A stretch of 58,315 bases of DNA, the filler included, from Bipalium vagum (lineage: Eukaryota), in assembly GCA_037834085.1 (NCBI GenBank). It is 3 parts of 3 records of this genome, joined end to end, with 100 filler letters (N's around TTAATTAATTAA, not from the genome) between each part and the next. Parts side by side here need not be neighbours in the genome. Positions count along the whole stretch, not along the records: positions 19,159 to 36,947 come from JBBMKC010051118.1; 2 more parts are not named here. One strand, 5' to 3'. The notes under the pieces are model-generated. The model had not been told where the DNA came from, did no database searches, and worked only from the letters and a program-made list of their open reading frames with translations. Each line of letters starts with the position of its first letter. Positions within the stretch are counted from its first letter, which is position 1. Made by a program: the position numbers and the translations under genes. Below, piece by piece: positions 23,931-37,047 of this stretch.

Positions 23931-24519
23931 TTAATTTTTTAAAATGTTGGCATAGTTCAGAAGTTTTGTTTTGATCATTTACATTTTACTTATTGGTTAT
24001 ACCATTCTTATCAGATGATGGGATTTGAACAAAAAGAGCATCATGTCTCGATTAAATTAAATATAATAAAGGCCACAGGCAGACTTTCATTTTAAATGAA
24101 ATTTTGTCATGGGATAAGTAAGAATGCATGGCGTTCTTCGAAAAAGGCCTTTTCTGAACAAACATTACAAGAGCTTCCATCAGCTGTGGAAGGAGGTTCC
24201 ACGACCATAATACCACAAGATACTTTGGAGTAACTGGCTCACCAACACCAACCTTCCATGGGTTGTTGGAGTCGTTTTTCTATAGATGTGTGATCTAATC
24301 GTGTTTGCTTGTTGTTATGAAATTGAGACCTGGTGCATGTCATGACTGCTACATAGAATTTTTTGATGGTAAGTATGTTTATTTTAATTTAGCGGGGTGC
24401 TGATCGAGCTGGAAGTGAGGTGACATTTAGATTGTAAAATTTGAAAATGTCTAGGAATAAGAACCAATCAACCAGAGAAAAGGATTAATACAAATTAAGA
24501 TTGATATCTCTCAAATGGA

Positions 24520-25090
24520 CAGTCTATATAGGACCAATTTAGTTTTTTTTTTGGGTTGCACCTAGCCTCTTAGGAGCCTCTGGATCTTTTCTGAAAGAAT
24601 GTGACAATAGTTAGTATACTTGGATTTTGTTGTTTAGAGAATAAATAAATGATACAGTAAAACAATTAAAATGTCTTTGTAAAACTGTATGTTGATTATT
24701 AAATATATTCGACTCCAAAGAATTCGTAAATAAAATTAAAAATAAGATATATATTTTAAGATATTATTTTAATTATCCGTTAATTAGCTAGAGTTATGTG
24801 AGAAATTATGATATAGAAAAGTAAATAAATGATAGTTGATGTATGTTAATATTAATCATATGAATTGATCAATGATATATGTGGTTTACCGGATTTTAGA
24901 ATTAATGCGGTATACTGAAATAAACTTAAATTGCTCGTCGTGATAATAATCCTGCATCATAGTTTCAAAAATATTCTGGAAACCACGTACGCTCTGACTG
25001 AAGAGGTCAAAGTCCGGAGCATACTATTCCACAGCGATTATCTGATCTGAAGGGGAGCTCCTCGAAGGATTCCATGACCTGAAGAGTTTA
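24520..25090 (-). repeat. Degenerate dispersed repeat copy, inverted relative of about 20840-21270
   Basis: See the partner copy at 20840-21270. Confidence 0.5.
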
Positions 25091-25754
25091 ATCTTAAATA
25101 ATAATAGTTTAAAATTTGATAGTTCACATAGAAGTCAGCACTGATTGAGAAATTTTTAATAAAAAGTTGATGTTCAATCATAAAATTTGAACAGTGGTAT
25201 ATTTTGAATAAAATTTTTCGAAAAAAGCAAATATAGGCTATTCAATACACTAATCCAGTGTATAAATTAAAGCTTCTGAAAAACTATATTACACAGGGCC
25301 GTTCCAATGTTTTGAGCATCCGCTGATGAGGGTCTGCCCTGAACACACCGTTCCAAATAAATAAGTTCTGGAACGGAAATCAAATTCATATTATAGCTTT
25401 TAGTCTCTGTTACAAAAACGATCGTGTTCCTGTAGTTGTTATAAAAAATTAATAATAATAAAATTATAATAAACTAGATAAAAACGTATAATATTGTATA
25501 TAATAAATAATAATAAAGTAATCTCTTGAAATAATATGAATGTTTGTTGAGAATTCTTTAAACGAAAGATAATTTAAGCTTTGGTTTAAGATCGAAGAGG
25601 GGTTGAATATCTGAGCTTGATCGTTGTTGGATTATGTTGGGATTTGCCCAGTTAAAATAAAAAGTGATTAAAATAGATGTAACTGGAAGTTATTAGGTGT
25701 ACAACTATGACTTCGGGCTTTTTTTAAAATGATAATAAATTTTTTTTGCATATA

Positions 25755-25840
25755 CAGTAGATACCGCTTAAAGAGAATATTTTTGGGACTTGAAAAAATG
25801 TTCTCTATAACCGATATTTTTCTTTAACAGATACTTTTTT
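25755..25840. mobile_element. Solo pogo/Tigger-like terminal inverted repeat
   Basis: TA-CAGTAGATACCGCTTAAAGAGAA terminus, with the internal inverted match ttctctataaccgata. Confidence 0.5.
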
Positions 25841-26784
25841 ATAAGGATAATTTTTAAAAAATATCAAAAAAAACTTTACTAATCAACACATTCTATAAAT
25901 GTTTTTTACCTTATTAGAGAAACTGGAGGGTCAGACATATTAAAGGTTAATCTCTACACTAACCTCGTCCGAAGTTACAAGACCTATTGATAGGAAAAGG
26001 TGAATTGCACAGTAGTTTCAATTACTTTATAATTATAAGTAAAAGGATGCTGAAAAGGATTTAACCCTGAAGATATTATTACAGATAGTCCATTGGTTCT
26101 GAATATGAGCTTCATAATCATGGGTCTTTGGGATCAATGGCTAAATAGTTTAACTCATTTGTTCTGGAGATCGTGTCTTAAAATATGGAAGATAAATGTG
26201 ATTAAGAGGTGTGAAGTATAAACTATATATCAAAATAAACTTCAATAAAAATCAGGTTCAGAATAGTTGAATGACAGAGAACATCCATACTGGTTCAAAT
26301 CTGGATTATTTTGATATTTTTGAATGCATACCTGATAGATTATAATGAGTAAGATAAGAAAGACTTCTTACAAATTTCAAGTGATAAATGTTTGAAGTAT
26401 AAGTTTGTAAGTAATTATTAATTTGTAAGTAAGTATTAAGTTTCAAACTCGTAGGTTAAATAATTAATATTGTGAATTTATTAATTTTATTGTAATGTAA
26501 AAATGAAAGGAAAATGCATTATTTTTAGTCATTATACCGAGTATTCGTTTAGCTAACTGAACACAAACCTAAAAATTTGAAACCTTTCAATTTAAATCAA
26601 ATTTTTTGTTAAGTTTTGCTATATTTACTAAAAAACTATTTAACTAAAAAGCATTTTTAGAAGTTATCATTCAATATTTGGATAAATTAATAAAATTTTT
26701 AAAAAATTTTTTCACTTATGCTTTGTTTAAATAATTCACAAAATTTGAAGTGTATGATATTAATATAACCATATTTTAAAATAA

Positions 26785-29700
26785 ATGTCGGATTTATTTC
26801 GGTCAAGAATTATTCCAACTGGTAAAATTCATTCTGATAAAAGGTTTAATTTCTCACACAAATTTTAGTTCATTTAATCATTTTAAAAAAATATATCGTT
26901 ATTATAATTTATTGATTGCAAATGTCTTCAGAAAAGTTGAAAACTATGACCCGTTGCCATGGAGTGACTATTTTAACTATAAAGAGGATTTAGAAACAGA
27001 TGTTGGAGTATGCAATATTGCAAATGCTAACCGTTATTATTTTTTTTCTGTAGACATTTAGAATATATAGAAGAGGTGTTGAAGGTCCTCTTTTGTTTTT
27101 TCTACACGGAGGAGGCTTCTCTGCTTTATCATGGTCTCTATTAAGTGTAGGTAATTTAATCTCTGTTTAATTATTTTAGATTTAAAAGATAAATTTTTAA
27201 AAAAAATTTATATAAAGTAAAGTAATTATTTTGATGTAAAGATGTTTTCCTATATTAATGTTGTTGATATGAAGTCACTGGAATTTCGTGTTTATTGTTT
27301 ATCTACATTAGCTAGACATACCGAAATACTGAGTTTATCAAAGTAAATATTCTTGGAAATTTCAAAAATTATAAGTTCAACGAAGATTTTAAATTTTTAC
27401 CAAAATAAAATTTAGCTTTCTTTACTTTATTTACGAAATGGATTACTTTCAAAGAATGAAAATAAATTATCGATTTTCCAAAAATTAGAGAAATATATAA
27501 AATAAAAATGTTAAAAAATCATTGACCAAATCTATAGAACAATATCGATAAGTAATGAATAATTTTAAGGTTGATAATAAAACCTATTTAAATTTTGGGT
27601 TATTGACCAATTTATTTTTTAATTATAAATAATAATAATAAATAAATAAATGTTCTGTTATTCTCTAAATGAAATTATATTTACAGTTCGCAATTATTTA
27701 AGAAATTTTTAAAAAATCACGAAATTAGTAGTTTTAGGGACTGCAAGAATTAAGTAACATGTTTTATTGATTATAAAAATAAAATGTACCAATTGAATAA
27801 TTAAGTATCATCGGGCTGTGAAATTTCAACGAAAGTCATTGCTTAGCTTACTGACTTCATCCGTTAAAGAAGAAAAAATCAAAAAAAAAATTAATATTTT
27901 TTGAACATTGGGACGTAATTATTTTCATGATAATTGTGCAAGATTTCTTATACGTAAAAAGAACGCGCAAATTTTGTATTAATGTTTCCAAATCATATTT
28001 TTCGATATCGTACGGGTTTCAGTTTCCTTTAGTTTGTAATGAATATTTACCAAAAGATAGCTTTTATTTGATTCTAATTGCTTGAATTAATTTCTGTTTT
28101 TGTTCAGTCACCTCTTTTATAATTATTTGAAATTTATTATTTCTTCATTCAACAAAAAAATGGTTATAAGAACCCATTCTAAAACCACTACTAATAATAA
28201 TTAATTACTTAATCTATGATTGTGGACTGTTCTGTGTAAAAATTAATTATTTGTTTATTAAAATTTTAAACAAATTCTTTGAGTCATTTTTTGTCCCTTG
28301 ATGAATCTCTAACAGCGGTTGAAAAAGAAAATAAACACACTAGAACTAATTTTTGTTTCACTAATCTATCAACAATTTTTCAAAAACATAATGCTAAAGA
28401 ACATATAAGATAGTATGATTTACTTTAAATATCTAAGAAAAATATCATTTTTTGATAGAAGACTGTGCTTTACCAAACGTGAAAGAAATTGTCTGCCCGT
28501 TTTGAGGTGGGTAATTTTAATCTGTCGGATGATAAACTATCTAGAAAAGACTGAATATTGATTGTAGAGGAAATAAATTCTCAGAACTGCAAGATTATTA
28601 TTATTATTAGTGTTTCTATAATTTAGTTGTTAAAATTTATGTAATGTGAAATTCTAGATGAAGATTTTCATTTTTCAATATACTTACCTAAAATTACGTG
28701 ATAGAATGCCAAAATAATTTGCATATGTTCTTCTGTGGGTTATGTAAGCATAAATATCTTCCTTAAACTTGTCACATGATGTGAAGACACATGGCATGCT
28801 CATGGGAAGTCATTCATTTCCATGTTGAATTAAAATTAATTATCAAAAATTAAAATGGACAAGTTTTTTCCAATGATCTGTAAAATAATTGTAATGTGCA
28901 GTTCTGTCAAAACACAGACCAATGACTGGTGCGGTTCAATTGATGAATTTATAATTTTTCGTGTCTGCTTTTTGTTTTTAGTTTTTTGGTGATAATTCAG
29001 TCATTAAAGTTATTTTGTCTTTCTTTCATACTCATATCTGTTGTTAGAAAGCTATTACAGAGGAGGTCAAATGTCAATGTTTAGCTATGGATATTAGGGG
29101 ACACGGTAAGTCTTATCAATTTTATAATATTCTGTGAATGAAAATGGGAATATTTTCAGGCGATACCGTTACTACGGATGACATGGATTTGTCTGCAGAA
29201 ACTTTGGCAAAGTAAAATTTTTAAAGATTGATTTTTGATAATATCTAACGAGGTTTTTAAATATTTCTAGAGATGTGGGTAGAATTGTCATGACCATGTA
29301 TCCTAGTGAAGCACCACCTATTATATTGATCGGTCACAGGTACGTGGTGATTATCATAATCGTTTGCAAAAGCTATTTTATTTTTATTAACTTTAAAAAG
29401 CATCAAGCTCATAATTTTCTTATTTTATTTAGTTATGAATTGTAACTATTTAATTATTGATTTATTTAAAATTCTTTATTATTATATTTGACATAATATT
29501 TACAATAGTTTTTTTGATTTATATGTAGACTACCGTCGGAAAGTATTTGTACACCCTTTAAGAATAACTTTGAACTCTAACAACTCTTACAAAAAAGCAA
29601 TAAAAGTTAAGATTTTTTCAACACATATTTATTGATAATTACCAAACATTGTAACATAAGAAAAATTTTAAATAACTAATTAAGCATTAAACCGAAGCTT

Positions 29701-32700
29701 CATCTATGTAACCTTATTTTTCAATGACCATCTGGCATAGCCTTGGCATCCTTTCTAATAAATTTCTTAAGGTATCTTGTTTAATTTTTACCCATTCCTT
29801 CTGGAGTTTCTGCCACAGATCCTTCTGTGTATTTGGGTAGGTTTTTCTAACACTTCGGTCCAATTCATCTCATAGGAAATCTATGGGATTAAGGTCAGGT
29901 GATTGAAGGGGCCAGATAATTATTTTCATAATATTTTTCTTTTCCATCTTTTTCAAATAATCCTGACATAGTTTGGCTTTATGTTTGGGATCATTGTCCT
30001 GTTGAAAAGTAAAATTATTGCCGATAATTCTTAGTCCAGAAGGAATGGCGTTACTTCTTGGTATATTTTTATAGCCTGAATAGTTTCCCATCAATTTTGA
30101 TTATATCTCCTAATGATGGACCACCAAAACTATCCCAAATCATAACAAATCCTCCTCCGTGCTTCATAATTGGGATTATGCATTGATCTGAGAACCTCTC
30201 ACCAGTAAAAAATACACGCCTTCTTGATCCAAAAAATTCAAACTTCGATTCATCCGATCAAATTACCTGATACCAGTCTTCGGATGACCAGTTTCGATGT
30301 CCCTTGGCCCATTCTAATCTTGTCTTCTTATTTTTAGGCCGAAGTAATGGTTTCCTAGCGGCAATTCTTCCAACCGTTGTTACGCTAATACCTCTTTCTC
30401 GGGCATGGTTTATGTGAGAGGCAATTTCTGGTGCCGTTTGACGTCTATTACACTTGTTCGTGAGTATAATTCTACGGTCTTCTGTAAGGGTCCTAATAAA
30501 TTTATAATTACAATTGGTTTTTAAAGAAAACATTAAACTATGTTAGAAAAATTGATCATTTTGCATTTTAAGAAGGGTGTACTAATACTTTCCGACGGTA
30601 GTGTACTTTATATATTTATATATGCATTTATTATAAGAATTTTAATTTATTAACATCATTAAAATTGATTTTGAAATTAAAATTTCACATAGTCCGAAAA
30701 AACCAATTCTCTACCTGTTCTCAAGGATATATTTTTTCCACCCTATTGTTCTTTTGCAATTTTTTGTTTATTGTACAAACTCCATTGGAGTGGGTTATTG
30801 ATGTCTCTCATTTTCTTTGTCCCAGACTAAATTTTAATAGAACTTTTCCCTGACCCTTAATATCTTTGTAGTATATTGCCTCACCATTTATATGGATTTT
30901 TGTTCCTGGAGTCTCTGATAGAATAAATATGCGGAATTTATGCCAATTGTCTTTTGTAGCATAGAATTAATAATTACTTATGTCTTTTATGGAAGATTGG
31001 GTTCCAGATTGTTTCTCTATTTGGCCATTAGAAAATCAAATATCATTTTTAGTTTCATAGTAAAGTAAATGATTCTCCACTGTCTACATTGATTGTTCTC
31101 TTGCTTCCAATGTTCAAAAATATCCTTATATTAAATTAATACTTTAACATTGTTATTGATGCAATTGCACATTTATTTGTTAGAAAAAATCAACTTTTAT
31201 TTTATAATTAATTTTAAAAATCTTATGCAACTAAAATTATCAAAAAACTTTCAACGTCTTTCCTTTAAAATAATCAATAAACAGTATTATTAAATTTTAA
31301 TATTTTCAGTATGTTATATTTTGATGAAGACTGATATTTAATAATTCTTCAAAAAATTAATGTCATTTTTGGAAATTCTCAGAAAATCAATAATATTTTT
31401 TTAGGAGATTGTTAGTATATCTAAATATAAAATTTTTCGAAAATTGACTTTCTATTTCTCTACACAGTTCAGTGTTTCCCCCAATTTACAGACCGGAACG
31501 GCAAAATAATTGAAAATTTGTCAATAATTACCGATTTATAATTATCAGTTTTGATAATTAAAATAATTTCCATTTTCTTTCCTCACTTGAATATTTTTTA
31601 AAAATCTGAATAATATCTTCCATTTTCCATGTTAATGTGTCAGATTAATGATTAAATCTTTGTTTGTTTTCGTAAATGTGATCTTCCGACATTTGGTGAT
31701 TTTTCAGTTATTTGATTTTTCATTCTTTTTGTTCTGAATGCTTCGAAAGTGATCGTTTCACTGTTACCGTCCCATGTTTTAGAGATATACTTTGAAAAAA
31801 AGATTGATTATGGAACTTTAATGTGAAAATGTTAAAGGAATTATAATTATTATTAACACGTTGGTTTATTTCAAAATAATCAATATTTATAAAAAAAGAA
31901 ATGTTGATAATTATTAGCCAATCAAAAGTTTTTGTTTATATTTAATGATCATTAAAGAAAAATCAAGCTGAAATATAATATATTACGTTCTAAATGCATA
32001 TTTCAGATTCAAATGAATAAGATCGCTAAACTTTTAATACTTTAGACATCTTTTAAAGTGGTTAAACAGATTTATGGATTTACTCTTCAATATTTTATTC
32101 TAAAAATATTTAATTAAATTTTTATTCACGAAAATGATTTGAAAAGAAAGAAAATTTCGACGAAAAAACAAAAAAATTATGTCAATTTCGGAATTTTAAA
32201 ATTATTCTAGATTCTCTTTCCCCGAAAGAACACTATTTTTTATGTAACCAGGGGCTTCACATTTCTATTGTTAATCTTTACTTATAATTATTGAATTTTT
32301 AATATTCCTAATAATCATAAAATTTACCAAGTCTTCATTACAAGTTTTTCAATTTATTTTTTTCGAAAAATATTTTTATCATTCTTTTATGGGATTATAA
32401 TTTTTTTTTCAATACTTATTTTAAAAATTATTTCAACGAATTTTATTTTTATTATAATAAAATATATAAATAAAATGGAATATTTATAGATTATTATCTA
32501 TTTTAGCAGAACATTAAACTTAATAAAAATGAAATGATTTTTAAATTGGTAATTGAAAGAAAGCTTTATTAATGATTGTGAAATCATAATAATGATTATT
32601 ATTGATAATTACCAATAAATGGCTTTCGTAATTTTGTATTCAATCATCAAAAATTCAACCTGGCACTTACAAAATCAATGTGTCATTACAATATAATTGA

Positions 32701-33284
32701 AAAACAGAATCACTTTTTCTCCAATATGTATCATAAATATTGATTTTAATATTGCTCGTCTGATAATTTTTCTATTTCAGTTTATTTCTCCTGTGCTTAA
32801 TATTACAGAGGAAATTATAAACAAAACAATTTTCCATCTAAATTGATTTAAATGATTAAAAATAATAGCCACGACATTAATAATTTGTCAGAAATTAAGT
32901 TTAAAAGCGAGGATTTCTTATGACATGTACCTATATGAAATAATTGAATTGAACTCTGTGTATTAAGGGAAGCATAAACAACTTAAATTCAAATTATTAA
33001 TTTTTTCAGTATGGGAGGTGCAATTGCTATTCACTCAGCCGTTAAATCTGTGGTTCCTTCTCTAGTCGGTGTTGTGGTAATTGATGTTGTTGAAGGTAAG
33101 AAATTAAAAGCAATTATCTTAATTACTGTTGAAAATCATCGCTAACCTTACTCGAGACTTGAAAATTATTTTCACAAGTATAAAATTAATTTTCTCTCAG
33201 TTTTATGAAATAAGATGTGATTAAAAACTAATTTATCATATTTGACTGATATTCAAGGTTATTTTTATGGTAATCATAATAATG

Positions 33285-33341
<57 letters not shown>

Positions 33342-34453
33342 TAGTAATAATAATAAAACTAATGTAAATATAATAAGAAAATCAATGAATTTTGAAAGTT
33401 ATTGTTAATCTCAACAACAGACTATATTAAATAAACCTTGTCTCCGGATTTGAAGTGTTTTATTTACTTTGACAATTATCAGTTTGAAATATTGAAGACA
33501 AAAGTCGTTGCGTTCAGCAATTGACTGAACTGGCTTTAGCAAAATATTGTTTTGCATTTGAAATATGACATTTTGGCAAACAAACAAACTTCCCGACAAT
33601 TTTTTAAACTTAGGTCCGCCGATATTTTAATGGCAAATCAGAATTATCATATTTTGTTACCATAATGATAACGGTGGCAGATTGAGCTTTTTTTCTAAGT
33701 GATAAAGTTTATTTCTTTTTTAGATTAAAGACAATGATTCAGTTGTTTTGCATTGATTTTTGATAATTTTAGGGAATTATTTTTTAACACACAAAATAGG
33801 ATATGATAATTGTGGAAATAATTTTCTACAGGATTACATATATATTGGTATTAAGAAGTATAAACTAGAATAAACAATTTGAAGTTTCAATAATAAATTT
33901 TATGCAATTAAATTGAAAATCGATTACTATTTGATTAAATTTTATTATTACAATATTTTTGAATATTTATTTAAAAAAATTGATTGTTTTCATAACATTA
34001 ATTAATTTATTTAATTACAATGAGTGTTATAAGTTATAATAATAAAATTTAGGATTGATATGACAATCGAGGTTGACTTACCAGGTTTTATGATATTTGA
34101 GATTTTATTACAGAAAATTTGCACAATAAGTGCAAATGATTGATCAGCATTATGTTACCATTTTTTTTATCCTCAAGCCCTGGTTGTTTAGTTGTAATAA
34201 TTTATTGATTTCAAGAAATCTTGGAAAAGTAAGAAAACAGTTTTAAAATCGAAACGAATTATCTAAATATGAAATAATTTTCCTGGTTTATAGAAAAAAA
34301 TGATTAGATTAGTTTGTTTTCGGAGAATTTCGCATAAGAATTTGATCAGAAATTTTTTATAGGATCAGCGCTTGATGCATTGTATAGTATGAACAATTAC
34401 CTTCACAGTAGACCAAGCTTCTTTAAATCCATGCACCATGCAATTGAGTGGAG
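26785..34453 (+). CDS. PPME1: Protein phosphatase methylesterase 1 (PME-1), 5' part; 3' exons not found
   Basis: Phase-consistent exons: 26785-26843, 26932-27007, 27054-27146, 29048-29105, 29160-29211, 29271-29339, 33010-33095, 34363-34453. Translation: MSDLFRSR...YDPLPWSDYF...GPLLFFLHGGGFSALSW...AMDIRGHG...DLSAETLAKDV...PPIILIGHSMGGAIA...VIDVVEGSALDAL...SRPSFFKSMHHAIEW. Confidence 0.95.
29528..30603 (-). mobile_element. Tc1-like element, internally deleted, in PPME1 intron 6
   Basis: Near-perfect TIRs of about 31 bp, (C/G)ACTACCGTCGGAAAGTATT(A/T)GTACACCCTT, flanked by TA. Transposase remnants read AARKPLL, SDESKF, FQQDNDPKH and WPLQSPDLNPID. Confidence 0.93.
33275..33355. repeat. (AAT)n microsatellite
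   Basis: Directly visible. Confidence 0.95.
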
Positions 34454-34910
34454 GTTGGTATTTTTAAGATTTATTTATTTCAGCGCATTGTAGTGCTATT
34501 TTGAACCCATTTTTATTTTATACCAGTTTTTTCAAATTTGTGATTAAAGTTCCTAAAAATGTGTCAAAATGATCAAATAATATGATTTTGCAATTTTTAT
34601 AACAGTACTGAGTTGATTGATTCATAAATAGAATGTCTTGTACCTTTCCTCACAACTTTAAAATATTTCCACAAAATGTGTCAGTCTTTTGACATTTGAA
34701 AATCAGTTTAATTAACGACCTCTTCTCTTTAAAGAATTACAGTGTGTAAGAATTTTTTAAATCGAAAATTTTTAAATTTCACATAAATATAATCAAAGGA
34801 TTTCACTTTTACGAATTGATTTTTTATTAAATTTTATTTTTACTGAACACAGATATTTTAAAAAACACATTTCAACAATTTTGAACAAATTTTTTCCAAA
34901 AATTCATTAT

Positions 34911-34955
34911 TAAGAAACATGTGTTGAACTATTATCAGTTCATCATCGGTCATTC
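34911..34955 (-). ncRNA. Degenerate hammerhead ribozyme motif
   Basis: Minus strand reads AAUGA-CCGAUGA-U-GAACU-GAUAAU-AGUUC-AACA-CAUGUU-UCUU. Core positions are mutated. It lies about 190 nt downstream of a GIY-YIG ORF on the same strand. Confidence 0.55.
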
Positions 34956-35600
34956 ATATTTAAAACAACACACTTTATTTATCTAATTGTCGATCTAATT
35001 TTTAATTTAAATATTTTGTAAAATTCTGAATGGTGGAAATTATTATTTTTAATTTTTTAAAAAATTCCTTTCTCTTTTTAAAAAAAAGTCATTTTTAAAA
35101 AAAATTCTTTAAAATTTAATTAATCTGAGAAAACATTAACTATCCATTAGCTTTTACCTTCTCCAGTTTGAATATTGATCTCCAGTTGTTGCTCTTTTAT
35201 TAATAACGATTCGCATATCTTCCGTTCATCGTTATTATCAAAATTATTTATAAGCATTCGAAATTCTTTAGCATTAACTTTGTCTTTTCGCACAACACAA
35301 TTCAAAGAATGATCTAAAACTTTGCTAGTTTTGCTTAATTGCAAATGTTCGCTAATACGTGTTCTGATGTGACGCTTTATATCCCCTATGTATAGGCTAT
35401 TACACCCATGACATTTAAATTCATATACGATATTAGCTTGCAATATTACAGGTGTTGGCGTTCTAATTTATAAATAACTTTTTGTTTTTGTTGTCATTGA
35501 TATTACTTTTAAACCGTCAAGCTCAACAGTTCTTTCTATTATGTTCTTGAATGTTCTGAATCCTTTTGAAAAGGGTATTTTAGTACATTCTTGAACTCTT
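34911..35600 (-). mobile_element. Penelope-like retroelement 3' remnant (GIY-YIG endonuclease)
   Basis: NIVYEFKCHGCNSLYIGDIKRHIRTRISEH...KICESLLIKEQQLEINIQ, preceded by a KIPFSKG... linker region that contains a stop. Confidence 0.9.
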
Positions 35601-35899
35601 CTTTTCAATTTTCTTTTCATTTTTTTCAATATATATTTTTCAACCTAGTTTAGTTAAACAAACAATAATAATTTATAATAAAAGTAAATATTTATTTTAA
35701 ATATTAAATAAATAAATAAATAAAATACAGTGCAATGAATTCAGTACACACAGAGGCCATTTACAAAATTAAATCAAAGTATGAAAAGAGTTACCTGAGC
35801 CAAGGCTTATAACAATTGGGCTGCAGACAAATAAGGAGCTGCTGAACTCATGGACGAGTGCATATTTCAATCATATTCGAACTCAAGTAAAATTTTGAT

Positions 35900-36493
35900 T
35901 AGAAGAACCTTACATGATAGATACAATCCTACATTTTTCCAACCAGTCATGCAACATGACACACATATACATGCCTAGGGCTTCTTCAACAGTAATGGAG
36001 TTAAACTTTTTTTTAAAAACCAGTGTAATTATAAATGCCGAGAAATATCAAAAAGGGATTCTTCATGACATAAACATAATTGCTTAGTCTTTCTGAAAGT
36101 CGTATTCATCTTTCACCATGAATAAGGTCCACCCAGGCTTTCTTAAAAAATAAAAATATTGATATCTTACGCTGGTCAGGTAATTCTCATGACATGAATC
36201 CAATAGAAAATTTCTGGGGTATCCTAAAAATGAAAGTTTTAACAATGGTACACAAATCTACTGAAGAATTATGGAAGGCAATTCAAAATAAATGTTACAG
36301 ATCAATGTCTTCCAATATATGCAAATAGGTTGTATCCTCCATGCCAAAAGGATTACAACTGGTCAAAAGATCGAAAGGATATCTTACTTAATATTAGAAC
36401 CGTTAAATACTTATTTAATAAATTTCGAGTTTAAACATATTCATTTCCATTAAAAGCTTAGAGTGAGTGAACAGACTTTTTACGGGGACCGTA
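35900..36493 (+). mobile_element. Tc1-like transposase remnant
   Basis: Reads NSHDMNPIENFWGILKMKV, with decayed C-terminal sequence and a TIR-like end. Confidence 0.7.
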
Positions 36494-36874
36494 TAATATA
36501 TGTATAACTATATAACTAATGTCGCAAACTACTACAACTACAAAAAGTCTAAATCGAAAAGGAAAAGATTCGATTTTTAAACACCACGAAATGCTATTCT
36601 CTAAAATACGTCACATATGACATTTGTGGCTAATGAAAGATTCTTCATCATCAATAATAGAAATGTCGGTTATTCGTCAGATACAATTGGAAAATTGAAA
36701 GAAAAACCGTGAAATAATCGTGGAAACTTCAAAGCCACAAAATAATAATATAATTGTGGAAACAGGTGAATCGAAATTATAATAAAGCGTGGATAAAGTT
36801 ATTGATGTGTGAATGATTAGCGGAGTAGAGCGTAGTAGTAAGGAAAATATTTTCCTAGTGGAAAAAAATCAATT

Positions 36875-36876
<2 letters not shown>

Positions 36877-36947
<71 letters not shown>
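36877..36947. repeat. (TTA)n microsatellite at a contig end
   Basis: Directly visible. It produces the spurious poly-Leu ORF 36813-36995. Confidence 0.95.
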
Positions 36948-37047
36948 NNNNNNNNNNNNNNNNNNNNNNNNNNNNNNNNNNNNNNNNNNNNTTAATTAAT
37001 TAANNNNNNNNNNNNNNNNNNNNNNNNNNNNNNNNNNNNNNNNNNNN
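36948..37047. other. Artificial 100-bp linker (44 N + TTAATTAATTAA + 44 N)
   Basis: Identical structure to 19059-19158. Confidence 0.95.

Noticed and set aside
25323-25365. CTGATGAGGGTCTGCCCTGAAC, hammerhead-like
   Set aside because: It has a hairpin but GAAC instead of GAAA, and no stem I or stem III pairing.
26922-26993. ATG at 26922 as the PPME1 start
   Set aside because: Out of frame with the conserved PLPW..YF segment. The ATG at 26785 with an 88-nt intron gives the correct phase.
31321-31365. TTGATGAAGACTG...AATGTC, hammerhead-like
   Set aside because: The core and stems are too degenerate to support.
36813-36995. Poly-Leu ORF
   Set aside because: Translation of a (TTA)n microsatellite running into the gap.
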